Position numbers and translations under genes: made by a program
Shown here: one piece after another, positions 1-8,837 of the stretch
How the letters are laid out: every line of letters starts with the position of its first letter
Numbering within the stretch: the stretch's first letter is position 1
The notes under the pieces: generated by a model
Databases searched by the model: none
What the model saw: only the letters and a program-made list of their open reading frames with translations
What the model was told of the DNA's origin: nothing
Assembly: GCF_900232105.1 (NCBI RefSeq)
Contig: NZ_LT934425.1
Coordinates: 1 to 32,000, forward strand
Length of the DNA stretch: 32,000 nucleotides
From: Candidatus Kuenenia stuttgartensis
GTDB lineage: Bacteria > Planctomycetota > Brocadiia > Brocadiales > Brocadiaceae
Reading direction: 5' to 3'

Positions 1-599
1 TGTGATTCCTAATTTTTTGTTGTTTGTTTTGGTTGGATTGTGAATACGCAATCGTACGCGAAGGATTGAGATAGTATCAGAAGAGTTTTTACGTGTCAAA
101 AAAAAACCGGTGCTTTTTTTTACCCAAAATTTTTGGCATACCACTGAAACGAATGCAACCCTTGCAGGTATCACATAGTTAAAAAAATCGGCCGCTTCTT
201 CAAAAAGATGAAAATAATTTTTTTTCTCTCACCTCCCCGCCACATTTTTTTACCGCCGTTGTATTTGAGGTTCCATAAGTCGTATCAGTACATCATATTA
301 CCGCTGCTTTGCCTTCGCGATATACATTTACCCCCCAAAGTCGCTCATCAAATTATCCTGCGCACAGTTCCTGTTCTCTACCCTCTCAAACCGGGAAATT
401 GATTGTGGATAATATGTCAGTAGCTTTCCTCACCCTTTGTATGGTTTCTTCTCGTTAATACCTTATTTGTAAGACAATACACCCCTTATTATCTCTCATA
501 CAATTACCTCTCCAAATGTGTTTATTGCATGTGCATTGTTTTGTAAATAAGTTTAAATGTTTTACTCTTCCATTTGCCTTTTTATTCTTTTTCTCCTAA

Positions 600-707
600 C
601 TCGAAAATAAGATTACAAAAAATAGCTCAAGCACAGGTACCGCAATATGATATGGCTATAAAACCATTTTCATCGTTTCTGGGTGTTGTAAATGCAACAT
701 GATGACT
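600..707 (+). repeat. Repeat unit A, copy 1 (about 108 bp), ending in a conserved hairpin
   Basis: Aligns by eye with 1131-1238 with scattered mismatches (ctcgRaaRtaagaYtacaaaaaatag ... atcgtttcYRggtgttgY-loop-gcaacatgatgact). The terminal hairpin tgttgt/aaat/gcaaca lies at 684-699. No credible ORF. Confidence 0.7.
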
Positions 708-788
708 AATGGCTGGTGATTTATTTTATCATTACAAGCGGAAGTGGATTAGAAATCCGATGCTCTATCCATCATACCAATACCACAT

Positions 789-1073
789 GCTTGTCATTAC
801 AAGGTATCAGCTTGACATTGTAAGGGACCTCTCCGCTTGTCATTGCGAGGGTCTTTTCCGAAACAATCTCATAAACCGTCATAGAGATCCTTCCATCCTG
901 TATTCATTCCATTAATTATTCTATTTTTTTAGCCCTTGAGCCACCCTTAATTTGCTTCTCCCGCGATATGGCGTTTCTTACGTCACGAAATACTCGTAGT
1001 ATACTGATTGCTTCGGAAAAGACCCTCGCAATGACAAGCGGAGAGGCCCCTTACAATGACAAGCTGATACCTT
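789..1073. repeat. Large inverted repeat (arms 801-868 and 1007-1073, 138-bp spacer) built from 16-bp iterons GCTTGWCATTRYRAGG
   Basis: The reverse complement of 1007-1073 matches 801-868 with only a few mismatches. Iterons sit at 789-804, 810-825 and 835-850 on the + strand, and at 1024-1039 and 1049-1064 as reverse complements, spaced 21-25 bp apart. Confidence 0.8.
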
Positions 1074-1130
1074 TTGGATGGCCCTATACATTTGAACCGG
1101 TACAGAAACAAAAATGCCAAACATTTCCGA

Positions 1131-1238
1131 CTCGGAAGTAAGACTACAAAAAATAGTTTAAGTACAGATACTACAACATGATATGGTTATAAAACAAATT
1201 TGATCGTTTCCAGGTGTTGCTAACGCAACATGATGACT
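1131..1238 (+). repeat. Repeat unit A, copy 2
   Basis: Homologous to 600-707. Hairpin tgttgc/taac/gcaaca at 1215-1230. Confidence 0.7.
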
Positions 1239-1240
1239 GG

Positions 1241-1316
1241 CTCGAAAATACCGTCGACTGTCTAAAAATTAAACATTTTCATCGTTTTAGGGTGTCGCAC
1301 TTGCGACATGACGACC
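1241..1316 (+). repeat. Repeat unit A, copy 3 (shorter, directly tandem to copy 2)
   Basis: Shares the 5' end ctcgaaaata and the 3' part aaacattttcatcgttt..ggtgt with copies 1 and 2. Its hairpin tgtcgc/actt/gcgaca at 1293-1308 carries a compensated base-pair change relative to copies 1 and 2. Confidence 0.6.
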
Positions 1317-1796
1317 GATATACACATTCATTACTCATTGCTGCTAAAATGAGTTTGTTTCCCCGTATCGTTACAATACGTCATAATGAATAATGACACT
1401 TGCACTTGTATTTGATCTTTGCTAGACTTTTCACACCTATAACTAGTTTGCAGGTCTTTGTATAAAGAATTCATGCTGCCTTTGTTGCTTTTTTTCTCCA
1501 AATAACCCGCAATATTAAAAAAAACCGACCTGCAAAAACAATTAACGTCGATTTGTTTTTTATCTTATCAGTACCTTATCAGTAATTTCTTTGCACACTT
1601 CCATTCGTCAGTGCGTGCTTTTTGACAAAATATTTAATGCTGGAATCCGAATATTTAATTTTTTAATCTGTGCAATCTCTGGTTCCGCCTTTTGTTTTGC
1701 TTATTTTGTATTTCGTGCATATTTGGTTCTAGCTATGCCTGCTTAAGAATAAATACCCCATACAACCTCCCTTTAACAATTCACAGGTGAATATTA

Positions 1797-2669
1797 TTGC
1801 AGATAACAAGCTCTTTAGACGAAATCAGGTCGATAGTAAAAGCGGCAAAGAAAAATAATTTGCTCATTGGTTTTGTACCTACAATGGGCGCTTTACATGA
1901 AGGCCATTTGAGTCTGATAAGACAGGCAAGGACGGAAAATGATACCGTGGTTGTGAGTATTTTCATCAATCCCATACAGTTCGGGAAAAATGAAGATTTT
2001 GCTCAATACCCACGGATGTTTGACACTGATTGCGAGCTCCTTTCAAAAGAGGGTGTGAATGTTGTGTTTAACCCAAAAGCGTCGGAAATGTATCCTGACG
2101 GATTCTGTACAACAGTTGTTCCAGAGCATTTAGAGGACAAACTGTGCGGTAAATCGCGTCCCGGACATTTCAGAGGCGTTGCCACTGTTGTCCTGAAATT
2201 ATTTAATCTCATACAACCCGACAGTGCCTACTTCGGTCAAAAAGACTTCCAACAAACAGTTGTTATCAGTAGAATGGCTGCCGATTTAAATTTAGATGTC
2301 AATATAAAAGTACTTCCAACAGTGCGGGACAAGGAAGAATTGGCGCTAAGTTCACGAAATGCCTATCTCAGCGAGACAGAAAAGAAAGACGCACGGTGTT
2401 TGTATCAGGCGCTGATAAAGGCAAAGGATATGGTGAATGCAGGCGAAAATAATGCCGGAGAAATTAAATTGGAAATGGAAAAGGTTATTAATAATTGTAA
2501 ATCAGCCCGGATAGATTATCTTTCAATAGTCAATCCCGAAACACTTGAGGCAGTGACGGAAGTGAGAAATGGAAACGTTGTCGCCCTGGCAGTCATGATT
2601 GGTAAGACACGCCTGATTGATAACATAATTCTGATGGTTTTGATTGTTTGTTTAATTACTTTGGCCTGA
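1797..2669 (+). CDS. panC: Pantoate--beta-alanine ligase (pantothenate synthetase)
   Basis: 290 aa with a TTG start. Hallmark PanC motifs are present: GFVPTMGALHEGHLSLI (the HIGH-like nucleotidyl-transferase motif), VVSIFINPIQF, GHFRGVATVV, YFGQKDFQQ and LALSSRN. Confidence 0.95.
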   Translation: MQITSSLDEIRSIVKAAKKNNLLIGFVPTMGALHEGHLSLIRQARTENDTVVVSIFINPIQFGKNEDFAQYPRMFDTDCELLSKEGVNVVFNPKASEMYPDGFCTTVVPEHLEDKLCGKSRPGHFRGVATVVLKLFNLIQPDSAYFGQKDFQQTVVISRMAADLNLDVNIKVLPTVRDKEELALSSRNAYLSETEKKDARCLYQALIKAKDMVNAGENNAGEIKLEMEKVINNCKSARIDYLSIVNPETLEAVTEVRNGNVVALAVMIGKTRLIDNIILMVLIVCLITLA

Positions 2670-2731
2670 TGCTTTGACAAGCTCAGCACTAGTTTTATTG
2701 GCTAATTGGCTTTTATAATGGTTGGTGATTT

Positions 2732-3976
2732 GTGAATAAGTTGTTTTATCAGATACCTGAAATCTCTAATACTTTATTTGGTAGTGATGTTAAACTGCTG
2801 CCTTCTGTTGATGAATTGTTTGAACTGGAATTAGCCAATTTAGAATATAATCTTTTGAGTAAAGACGAATTAATAGAGCGAAGCGCCTTTTTTCAATCTG
2901 TGAATGGACGCTTAACTAAACATTTTCAACTTTATTCGGTGCAATCATCGGCGCTTTCTGAAGATCGATCTGTACAAACAAAAAGTTATTTCGAAAATGG
3001 CCAGTTTTCAACTGGTTATGCAACTCATGGACTTTTTCCTTATCGTGGTAAATTTCATCCTCAATTAATTAAAGGGTTGATAAATATTCTTGGCATTAAA
3101 AAAGGCGAATTTATTCTTGATCCAATGTGTGGAAGTGGAACCGCTAATATCGAAGCAGCTTTAATGGGAATTAATTCTTATGCGGTTGACCAGAGTCCAT
3201 TTTGCCAATTTATGACAAAGACAAAATTTGAGGCATTGACAATTAATGTCGATTTATTGAATGGACTTTTTCCGCAAGTAAAAAAAATATTTGATTTTTT
3301 TAGTGTTAAAGATATTTCAGTTCAATTAAAAAAAATAAAAGATGCGGATAAATTAAAGATATATAATTTAGCTTTACTTGCCTTTTTAGATGCTATGGGT
3401 TATTCGATGAGGGTTTCTAAATCCAGTCACGAACAGTTATTCGAAAGAGTATTACATCGATATATAAAAACATTGTTCGATTTTTCATGCAACCCCTTTT
3501 ACAAAAAAGACGAAATTGGATTAGTAAACGTTTTAAATAATTCAAGTGCTTTAAAACTGGAATTGAATGATGGTTCTATTGATGGAGTTATTACTTCGCC
3601 ACCATATTCATTTGCCATAGATTATGTAAAAAACGATGAGGTTCAGTTAAATTATTTGGGATGTGATACAGACACACTTAAATCAAAAATGATTGGGCTA
3701 ATTGGAAAAAATAAAACTGCGCGTTTGGATAACTATTTTCGTGATATGGAAAGCGTTTGTGCTGAAATTTCCCGTGTATTAAAAAAGGGGAAATTTTTCA
3801 TAATGATTATAGGCTCGAATACGAACCAAACTGGAGGTATTCGGTTGGAAAATAAAATTATCGAATCTTGTAAAAAATTTAGGTTAAATTTAGTTAAAAG
3901 TGTTTTGAAACCTATCAAGGGTATGCGCAATACAATGAAAGACGAATATATCTTATTTTTTGAGAAAACTATTTAA
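2732..3976 (+). CDS. SAM-dependent DNA methyltransferase (amino-MTase; motif I before motif IV)
   Basis: 414 aa with a GTG start. Motif I is DPMCGSGT (around aa 130) and motif IV is SPPY (aa 289-292). SPPY is more typical of N4-cytosine or some N6-adenine enzymes. It is the first gene of a tightly packed four-gene operon. Confidence 0.8.
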   Translation: MNKLFYQIPEISNTLFGSDVKLLPSVDELFELELANLEYNLLSKDELIERSAFFQSVNGRLTKHFQLYSVQSSALSEDRSVQTKSYFENGQFSTGYATHGLFPYRGKFHPQLIKGLINILGIKKGEFILDPMCGSGTANIEAALMGINSYAVDQSPFCQFMTKTKFEALTINVDLLNGLFPQVKKIFDFFSVKDISVQLKKIKDADKLKIYNLALLAFLDAMGYSMRVSKSSHEQLFERVLHRYIKTLFDFSCNPFYKKDEIGLVNVLNNSSALKLELNDGSIDGVITSPPYSFAIDYVKNDEVQLNYLGCDTDTLKSKMIGLIGKNKTARLDNYFRDMESVCAEISRVLKKGKFFIMIIGSNTNQTGGIRLENKIIESCKKFRLNLVKSVLKPIKGMRNTMKDEYILFFEKTI

Positions 3977-3989
3977 ACCACAATACCTT

Positions 3990-4964
3990 ATGAAATCAGT
4001 TGATGAAAAATGCCAAATTGTTATTAAAAAGAACACCTTTTATTTTTTTAATCCCATTTTTGAAGAAAAATATGAAAGTTATTTAAACTCCATCAAAGAA
4101 ACACTGCTTGTGTTGAAAAATGAAATAGAAAACGAAGGCCTGAAAAAGGTTCAGTTTGAGCGTCTTATTGGTGAGAAAGAAAATGGTTTGAGGGCGCTAC
4201 TTGCCTTAACGGGTTTCTCAAATGAATACCTGAAACGATTAACAACAGTTATCCGCGTGGTTAATAATCCTGAACTCTCAAGGCTTGTCTCTAAAGATAA
4301 GTGGTGTGAAAATGAACCTGTAGAAACAATCAAAGAATGGTCAGATGAAAAAATTCAAAAAATGCTTACCACAAATGAATATTTCCGAAAAGGAATCGTC
4401 AATATCTTCTTTGAAGGGTCAACCATCCCGTTTTTGTCAAATACCATTCCTCTTTTTGAGTTAAAAAAACTCAGTATTTCAAAATTAAAATTTGATGTTC
4501 CTTCAATGATAGATACACTGATCAGATATAAAGAGAAAGGATCGTATTCCGGTATGAAGGAAAAGAATCCAGAAACTTTAATAGAAACTTTATTGAACAA
4601 TTTAAATATTCTTTTTGAAAAAGGTGATTTGAGCGAACTTATTGAAAACGCCCATTCAACTAAAAGAACAATGGATTTTATTATACCCAGCAAAAAAAAT
4701 CCAAGAATCATAGTTGAGAGTTCATTTTTAGTCACAACATCTTCTGGACAAGGCGATAAATCCAAAACGGAAATATCAATTGATTTGCTTATCAAGGAAC
4801 ATTATCCACAAGCAAAGTTTATAGGATTTATAGATGGAATTGGTTGGTATGTTCGCAAGGGTGATTTAAAAAGAATGGTAGCAGCATATGAAGATGTCTT
4901 TACTTTTCATAAAGATGAATTGGCAAGATTTGAGAAACTTATAGAGGAAACATTTGGGAAATGA
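3990..4964 (+). CDS. Putative type II restriction endonuclease (DpnII/MboI-like core, tentative)
   Basis: An ATG at 3990 is preferred; the ORF-track start at 3960 is a TTG inside the upstream gene. The C-terminal segment RTMDFIIPSKKNPRIIVESSFLVTTSSGQGDKSK ... FIGFIDGIGWYVRKGDL resembles, from memory, the DpnII-family core (DFVI..LIEVNFYSGSGSK..FMWITDGQGWYK). It sits between two MTase genes. That it is a coding gene is well supported; the family assignment is not verified. Confidence 0.55.
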   Translation: MKSVDEKCQIVIKKNTFYFFNPIFEEKYESYLNSIKETLLVLKNEIENEGLKKVQFERLIGEKENGLRALLALTGFSNEYLKRLTTVIRVVNNPELSRLVSKDKWCENEPVETIKEWSDEKIQKMLTTNEYFRKGIVNIFFEGSTIPFLSNTIPLFELKKLSISKLKFDVPSMIDTLIRYKEKGSYSGMKEKNPETLIETLLNNLNILFEKGDLSELIENAHSTKRTMDFIIPSKKNPRIIVESSFLVTTSSGQGDKSKTEISIDLLIKEHYPQAKFIGFIDGIGWYVRKGDLKRMVAAYEDVFTFHKDELARFEKLIEETFGK

Positions 4965-6634
4965 GTAAAATAGATTTTCAAATAAAAGGTATTGGTGCTT
5001 TAATAAAGGAACATCAATTTAGTGTGCCAAATTATCAAAGAGCTTACAAGTGGGAAGACGAGCACATTAAATCATTGTTTTCGGATTTGTCAAAAGCCAT
5101 TGACAATAATGAGAGTGAATATTTTTTGGGAACTGTAGTTTTATCACAGAAAGAAGGCTCCAAAGAATTAGAAATAGTTGATGGACAACAAAGAATTACT
5201 ACAATAGCTATTTTTTTGTCAGCTATAAGAAATTATTTTTTCAATAATGGCAAATCACAATCCGCCAATTCTATTCAAACTGATTTTATTAGCAATTATG
5301 ACACTAGGAACGAAGAAAATGTTGCCAAGCTAAAACTAGGGAATCAAGACAGAACATTTTTTCAAAAATATATTGTAGATAATATAGATGAAAAGCCAAC
5401 AAAAGGCTCGCATTTTAGAATAGTTACAGCAAAGGATGAATCGACAAAAAAAGTAAAAACTTTATCTGCATTGTCAGAAACTCAAGTGCACAATTGGAAA
5501 GATTTTATTTTGGATAAACTGAAAGTTGTATCCATTATAGTTCCAGGCGAATCAAATGCTTTTACACTCTTTGAAACATTAAATGACAGAGGGTTAGTTT
5601 TGGCGCAAACCGACTTACTTAAAAATTATCTTTTTAGCAGAGCAGGTGATTACTTTGATGAAGTTCAATTTATGTGGATAGAAATGACTGCTAAAATTGA
5701 AGACGCGCTGGGAGAATCCTCAATACTTATTTATATTAAACATTTTTGGTCGTCAAGAAATGGACTGACAAGACCGGAAAATAAACAACTGTATAAATCA
5801 ATTAGCGATTCAAAGAAATCACCAACGGATGTCAGAGATTTTGTCAAAGAGCTTAACGATGATACTAAATTGTATATAGCAATAAACAATCACAAAGATA
5901 ATTATTGGAAAGAGCACACTGAGCATAGCAAAAACTATATTGAAACCCTTAATTACTTAGAATTGGAACCATATAAACCATTAGTGTTATCAATTTTAAA
6001 AAGATTTGATGACAAAAAAGAAGTGGAGAAATCTTTGAAATTAATTGTTAGTTGGGTTGTAAGAAATTTAATTACTGGTTCTTTAAGAGGTGGAACCCTA
6101 GAAAGTGAATACGCAGAAAAAGCTAAAAACATATACAATAATACAATCAAAACTGCTAAAGAATTCCGTGATAAATTAAAGGTTATTCCTTCCGACTCAG
6201 AATTCAAAGAAAGATTATTGACAATTACTTTGAGCAAAGAAAAATTTGCGAGGTATTATTTGAGAGCTATTGAAAATCAATATAAAGGAAATGGCAATCC
6301 AGAGTGCATAGTAAATAGCGACCCAAACGTTGTTGACTTGGAACATATTTTACCAAAGAAACCAAAACAAGGTGAATGGCCGAACTTTACTTCTGAAGAA
6401 GTGGATGAATATTCAAATAGATTGGGAAATCTTACGGTTATGAGTAAAAAAGATAATAGCAACCAAAAAAATGAATCTTTTAAGAAGAAGAAAGAAAATT
6501 ATAAAAAGTCCGAAATTAAAATTACGAATGAAATAGAAAAGAATTTCACAGAATGGAATAAAGATACCATAATAAACAGACAAGCTTTTCTTGCAGAAAT
6601 TGCTGTGAAAACTTGGAATCTTAGATTGGATTAA
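4961..6634 (+). CDS. DUF262/DUF1524 (GmrSD-like, ParB-type NTPase plus His-Me finger nuclease) protein
   Basis: 557 aa. The N-terminal part carries DUF262 motifs (FSVPNYQRAYKWEDEHI and IVDGQQRITT). The C-terminal part is DUF1524/HNH-like (VDLEHILPKKP ... NRLGNLTVMSKKDNSNQKN). Its start overlaps the upstream stop (ATGA at 4961-4964). Confidence 0.85.
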   Translation: MSKIDFQIKGIGALIKEHQFSVPNYQRAYKWEDEHIKSLFSDLSKAIDNNESEYFLGTVVLSQKEGSKELEIVDGQQRITTIAIFLSAIRNYFFNNGKSQSANSIQTDFISNYDTRNEENVAKLKLGNQDRTFFQKYIVDNIDEKPTKGSHFRIVTAKDESTKKVKTLSALSETQVHNWKDFILDKLKVVSIIVPGESNAFTLFETLNDRGLVLAQTDLLKNYLFSRAGDYFDEVQFMWIEMTAKIEDALGESSILIYIKHFWSSRNGLTRPENKQLYKSISDSKKSPTDVRDFVKELNDDTKLYIAINNHKDNYWKEHTEHSKNYIETLNYLELEPYKPLVLSILKRFDDKKEVEKSLKLIVSWVVRNLITGSLRGGTLESEYAEKAKNIYNNTIKTAKEFRDKLKVIPSDSEFKERLLTITLSKEKFARYYLRAIENQYKGNGNPECIVNSDPNVVDLEHILPKKPKQGEWPNFTSEEVDEYSNRLGNLTVMSKKDNSNQKNESFKKKKENYKKSEIKITNEIEKNFTEWNKDTIINRQAFLAEIAVKTWNLRLD

Positions 6635-6635
6635 A

Positions 6636-7622
6636 ATGATTGAAAAATATCTAAATAAAGTAACGCAAGGTGATTGCCTTGACTTATTAAAAGAAATTCC
6701 AGACAACTATATTGACATTGCTTTTGCTGATCCACCATTTAACCTAAAAAAGAAATATAATGGTTACAAAGATAGCCTTGAATTTCAAGATTATCTGAAC
6801 TGGTGTGAAAAATGGATTAGTGAAATGGTACGGGTTACAAAACCTACTGGCTCAATTTTTGTGCATAATATCCCAAAATGGCTAACATATTACGCGGCTT
6901 TTCTTAATAAATTAACAGACTTCAAACATTGGATTTCGTGGGATGCTTCATCAGGTCCTATGGGAAAAACACTTCAACCATCTCACTATGGGATTCTGTA
7001 TTATGCAAAGGATGCAAAGCAAAACAAGTTTTACGAAATCCGCTATCCGCATAAACGTTGCAGAAAATGTAAATATTTGCTAAAGGATTACGGTGGGAAA
7101 AAAGCCGGACTTCATCCTTTTGGGCCACTTATTTCTGATGTTTGGACAGATATTCATAGAATAAAGCACAATAAATATAGAGACGAACATCCATGCCAAC
7201 TTCCAATTCATTTATTAGAACGGATTATTTTGATGTCAACTGACGAGGGCGATATTGTTCTCGACCCTTTCGTTGGAACCGGGACAACAGTAGTAGCTGC
7301 AAAGCGCATAGGAAGGAGTTATATTGGTTTTGATATAGATGAAAAATATATTAAAAATGCGCAGTTTAAATTATTAAGAGAAAATCCAAACTCAAAAATT
7401 GGAAATATCTGGGTAAGCTGGTTTTTAGATGGCTTAACAACAATCAGGGACAAAGATTGGGAAGAACTCTCTCAAAATTACTTTATACCGGAACCCCGTA
7501 ATGAGATTGATAGTACAGTAATTAAATTTATAAGAACAAAGGAAATTAGTTCAAAAAGTAAAAATAAGTTGAATAAGAGATATAAAATTATGACAAAAAG
7601 AGAAAAGCTGTTTTTACGATAG
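6636..7622 (+). CDS. Beta-class DNA methyltransferase (probably N6-adenine; motif IV before motif I)
   Basis: 328 aa. DPPF lies at aa 32-35, and DPFVGTGTTVVAAKRIGRSYIGFDID at around aa 210-235. The ATG is one nucleotide after the upstream TAA. Confidence 0.9.
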   Translation: MIEKYLNKVTQGDCLDLLKEIPDNYIDIAFADPPFNLKKKYNGYKDSLEFQDYLNWCEKWISEMVRVTKPTGSIFVHNIPKWLTYYAAFLNKLTDFKHWISWDASSGPMGKTLQPSHYGILYYAKDAKQNKFYEIRYPHKRCRKCKYLLKDYGGKKAGLHPFGPLISDVWTDIHRIKHNKYRDEHPCQLPIHLLERIILMSTDEGDIVLDPFVGTGTTVVAAKRIGRSYIGFDIDEKYIKNAQFKLLRENPNSKIGNIWVSWFLDGLTTIRDKDWEELSQNYFIPEPRNEIDSTVIKFIRTKEISSKSKNKLNKRYKIMTKREKLFLR

Positions 7623-7680
7623 ACTCTGTTTATTAGATTATGTACAAATTTAGATTATTCATATTATTAAGAAAATTATT

Positions 7681-8811
7681 ATGATGTCAAAAGATTTTGA
7701 TTGCCGTTTTTTTGCCTCCGAGAAACCATGCAGGTTTAAACTTGATTGTCCCATTGATTCAAGCTGTGCAAAATACGCCTCAATGGGGAAAAGGATTTTG
7801 ATTATAAAATTAGCGGCCATCGGTGATGTATTAAGAACTACGCCGATTCTTCCTGTTTTGAAAGAAAAATATCCATCATCTCATATTACATGGATAACAG
7901 ATGGTTCCTCACTGCCTGTGCTGGAAGATAATCCCTTTATCGATCGTTTATTATTCGTTACTCTTGAAAATACCCTGCGTCTACAAGTTGAAATATTTGA
8001 TTTACTGATATGTCTTGACAAAGATGCGACTGCCACCAGCCTTGCTGCAATGGTCAAGGCCGACGTCAAACTTGGTTTCGCCCTCTCCGGTACAGGACAC
8101 ATTTATTCCTTGAACAAGGAAGCAAATCATTTGCTGCGATTGGGTGTTTCTGACGAACTAAAGTTCCGGCAAAACACAAAGACCTACCAGCAACTTATAT
8201 TTGAAGCACTCGGGTTTATTGAAAACTACGGAGAGTATATTATCACTCTCCCCGATAAATATAATATGTACGCCAGAAATTATTTAAGCAATTTTAATAT
8301 TGATCCTGGGAAATTACTTATCGGCCTGAACACCGGAGCTGGAAAAAGATTCGCCACAAAACGATGGGAAATCCAAAGTTTTGTTGAACTCGCAGACAAA
8401 TTGCAAAATGACCTAGATGCTCAAATATTACTTTTAGGCGGGCCTGAAGAAGTGGAAAGAAATCAGGAAATCGCCTCCGGAACCACATCGAACGTTATTG
8501 ACAGCGGTTGCCATCACAACCTGAAAGAATTTATGGGATTGATCAATCAATGTCATCTCATCGTTACCGGAGATACCCTTGCCCTGCACTTATCTATTGC
8601 ATTAAGAAAATGCACTGTCACATTCTTTGGCTCTACCTGTTATCAGGAAATCGACCTTTATGGCAGAGGGAAATCGCTGGTCGCCCATGTTGAGTGCTCT
8701 CCTTGTTACAAAGGAAACTGCGATAACATGATATGCATGAAAAAGATAAGCGCTAACGATGTGTTTCATGCATGCCGTGAGGTTTTGGCGAATCATGCCA
8801 TAGCCGTGTAG
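7681..8811 (+). CDS. Glycosyltransferase family 9 (LPS heptosyltransferase-like)
   Basis: 376 aa. The N-terminal RILIIKLAAIGDVLRTTPILPVLKEKYPSSHITWIT, and later LNTGAGKRFATKRW, LLLGGPEE and LIVTGDTLALHLSIAL, are typical of RfaF/WaaC-family GT9 enzymes. Confidence 0.85.
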   Translation: MMSKDFDCRFFASEKPCRFKLDCPIDSSCAKYASMGKRILIIKLAAIGDVLRTTPILPVLKEKYPSSHITWITDGSSLPVLEDNPFIDRLLFVTLENTLRLQVEIFDLLICLDKDATATSLAAMVKADVKLGFALSGTGHIYSLNKEANHLLRLGVSDELKFRQNTKTYQQLIFEALGFIENYGEYIITLPDKYNMYARNYLSNFNIDPGKLLIGLNTGAGKRFATKRWEIQSFVELADKLQNDLDAQILLLGGPEEVERNQEIASGTTSNVIDSGCHHNLKEFMGLINQCHLIVTGDTLALHLSIALRKCTVTFFGSTCYQEIDLYGRGKSLVAHVECSPCYKGNCDNMICMKKISANDVFHACREVLANHAIAV

Positions 8812-8832
8812 GGACGAAGCATCTGCTCCTAC
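8808..8832. repeat. REP-like imperfect palindrome GTAGGGACGAAGCATCTGCTCCTAC
   Basis: It has a 5'-GTAG ... CTAC-3' frame like the other palindromes in this window. It overlaps the heptosyltransferase stop codon and lies 5 bp from the IS left end. Confidence 0.45.
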
Positions 8833-8837
8833 TATTA

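Noticed and set aside
170-200. The sequence catagttaaaaaaatcggccgcttc, which resembles the MITE TIR core (acaaaaaatcgggaatgc)
   Set aside because: Only the aaaaaatcgg part matches. There is no partner TIR or flanking duplication, so the resemblance is too weak to call a MITE end.
404-412. A perfect DnaA box TGTGGATAA in the ORF-free AT-rich region, raising the idea of a replication origin
   Set aside because: I found only one perfect box; the others are 7 of 9 matches at best. No dnaA, dnaN or other origin-linked genes are adjacent, and a single 9-mer can occur by chance in 32 kb. This is not enough to call an oriC.
208-915. ORFs 208-402 (64 aa) and 709-915 (68 aa) in the region upstream of panC
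   Set aside because: Both have low-complexity, Leu/Pro/Tyr-rich translations and no Shine-Dalgarno context. The second simply reads through the left arm of the large inverted repeat (the CHCEGLFRNN peptide comes from the gtcattgcgagg iteron). I treat both as non-coding.
600-1316. The possibility that the repeated units form a CRISPR array
   Set aside because: The units are about 75-108 bp, diverged from one another and irregularly spaced (two are directly tandem and one is 420 bp away). They are not short identical repeats separated by unique spacers, and no cas genes are present.
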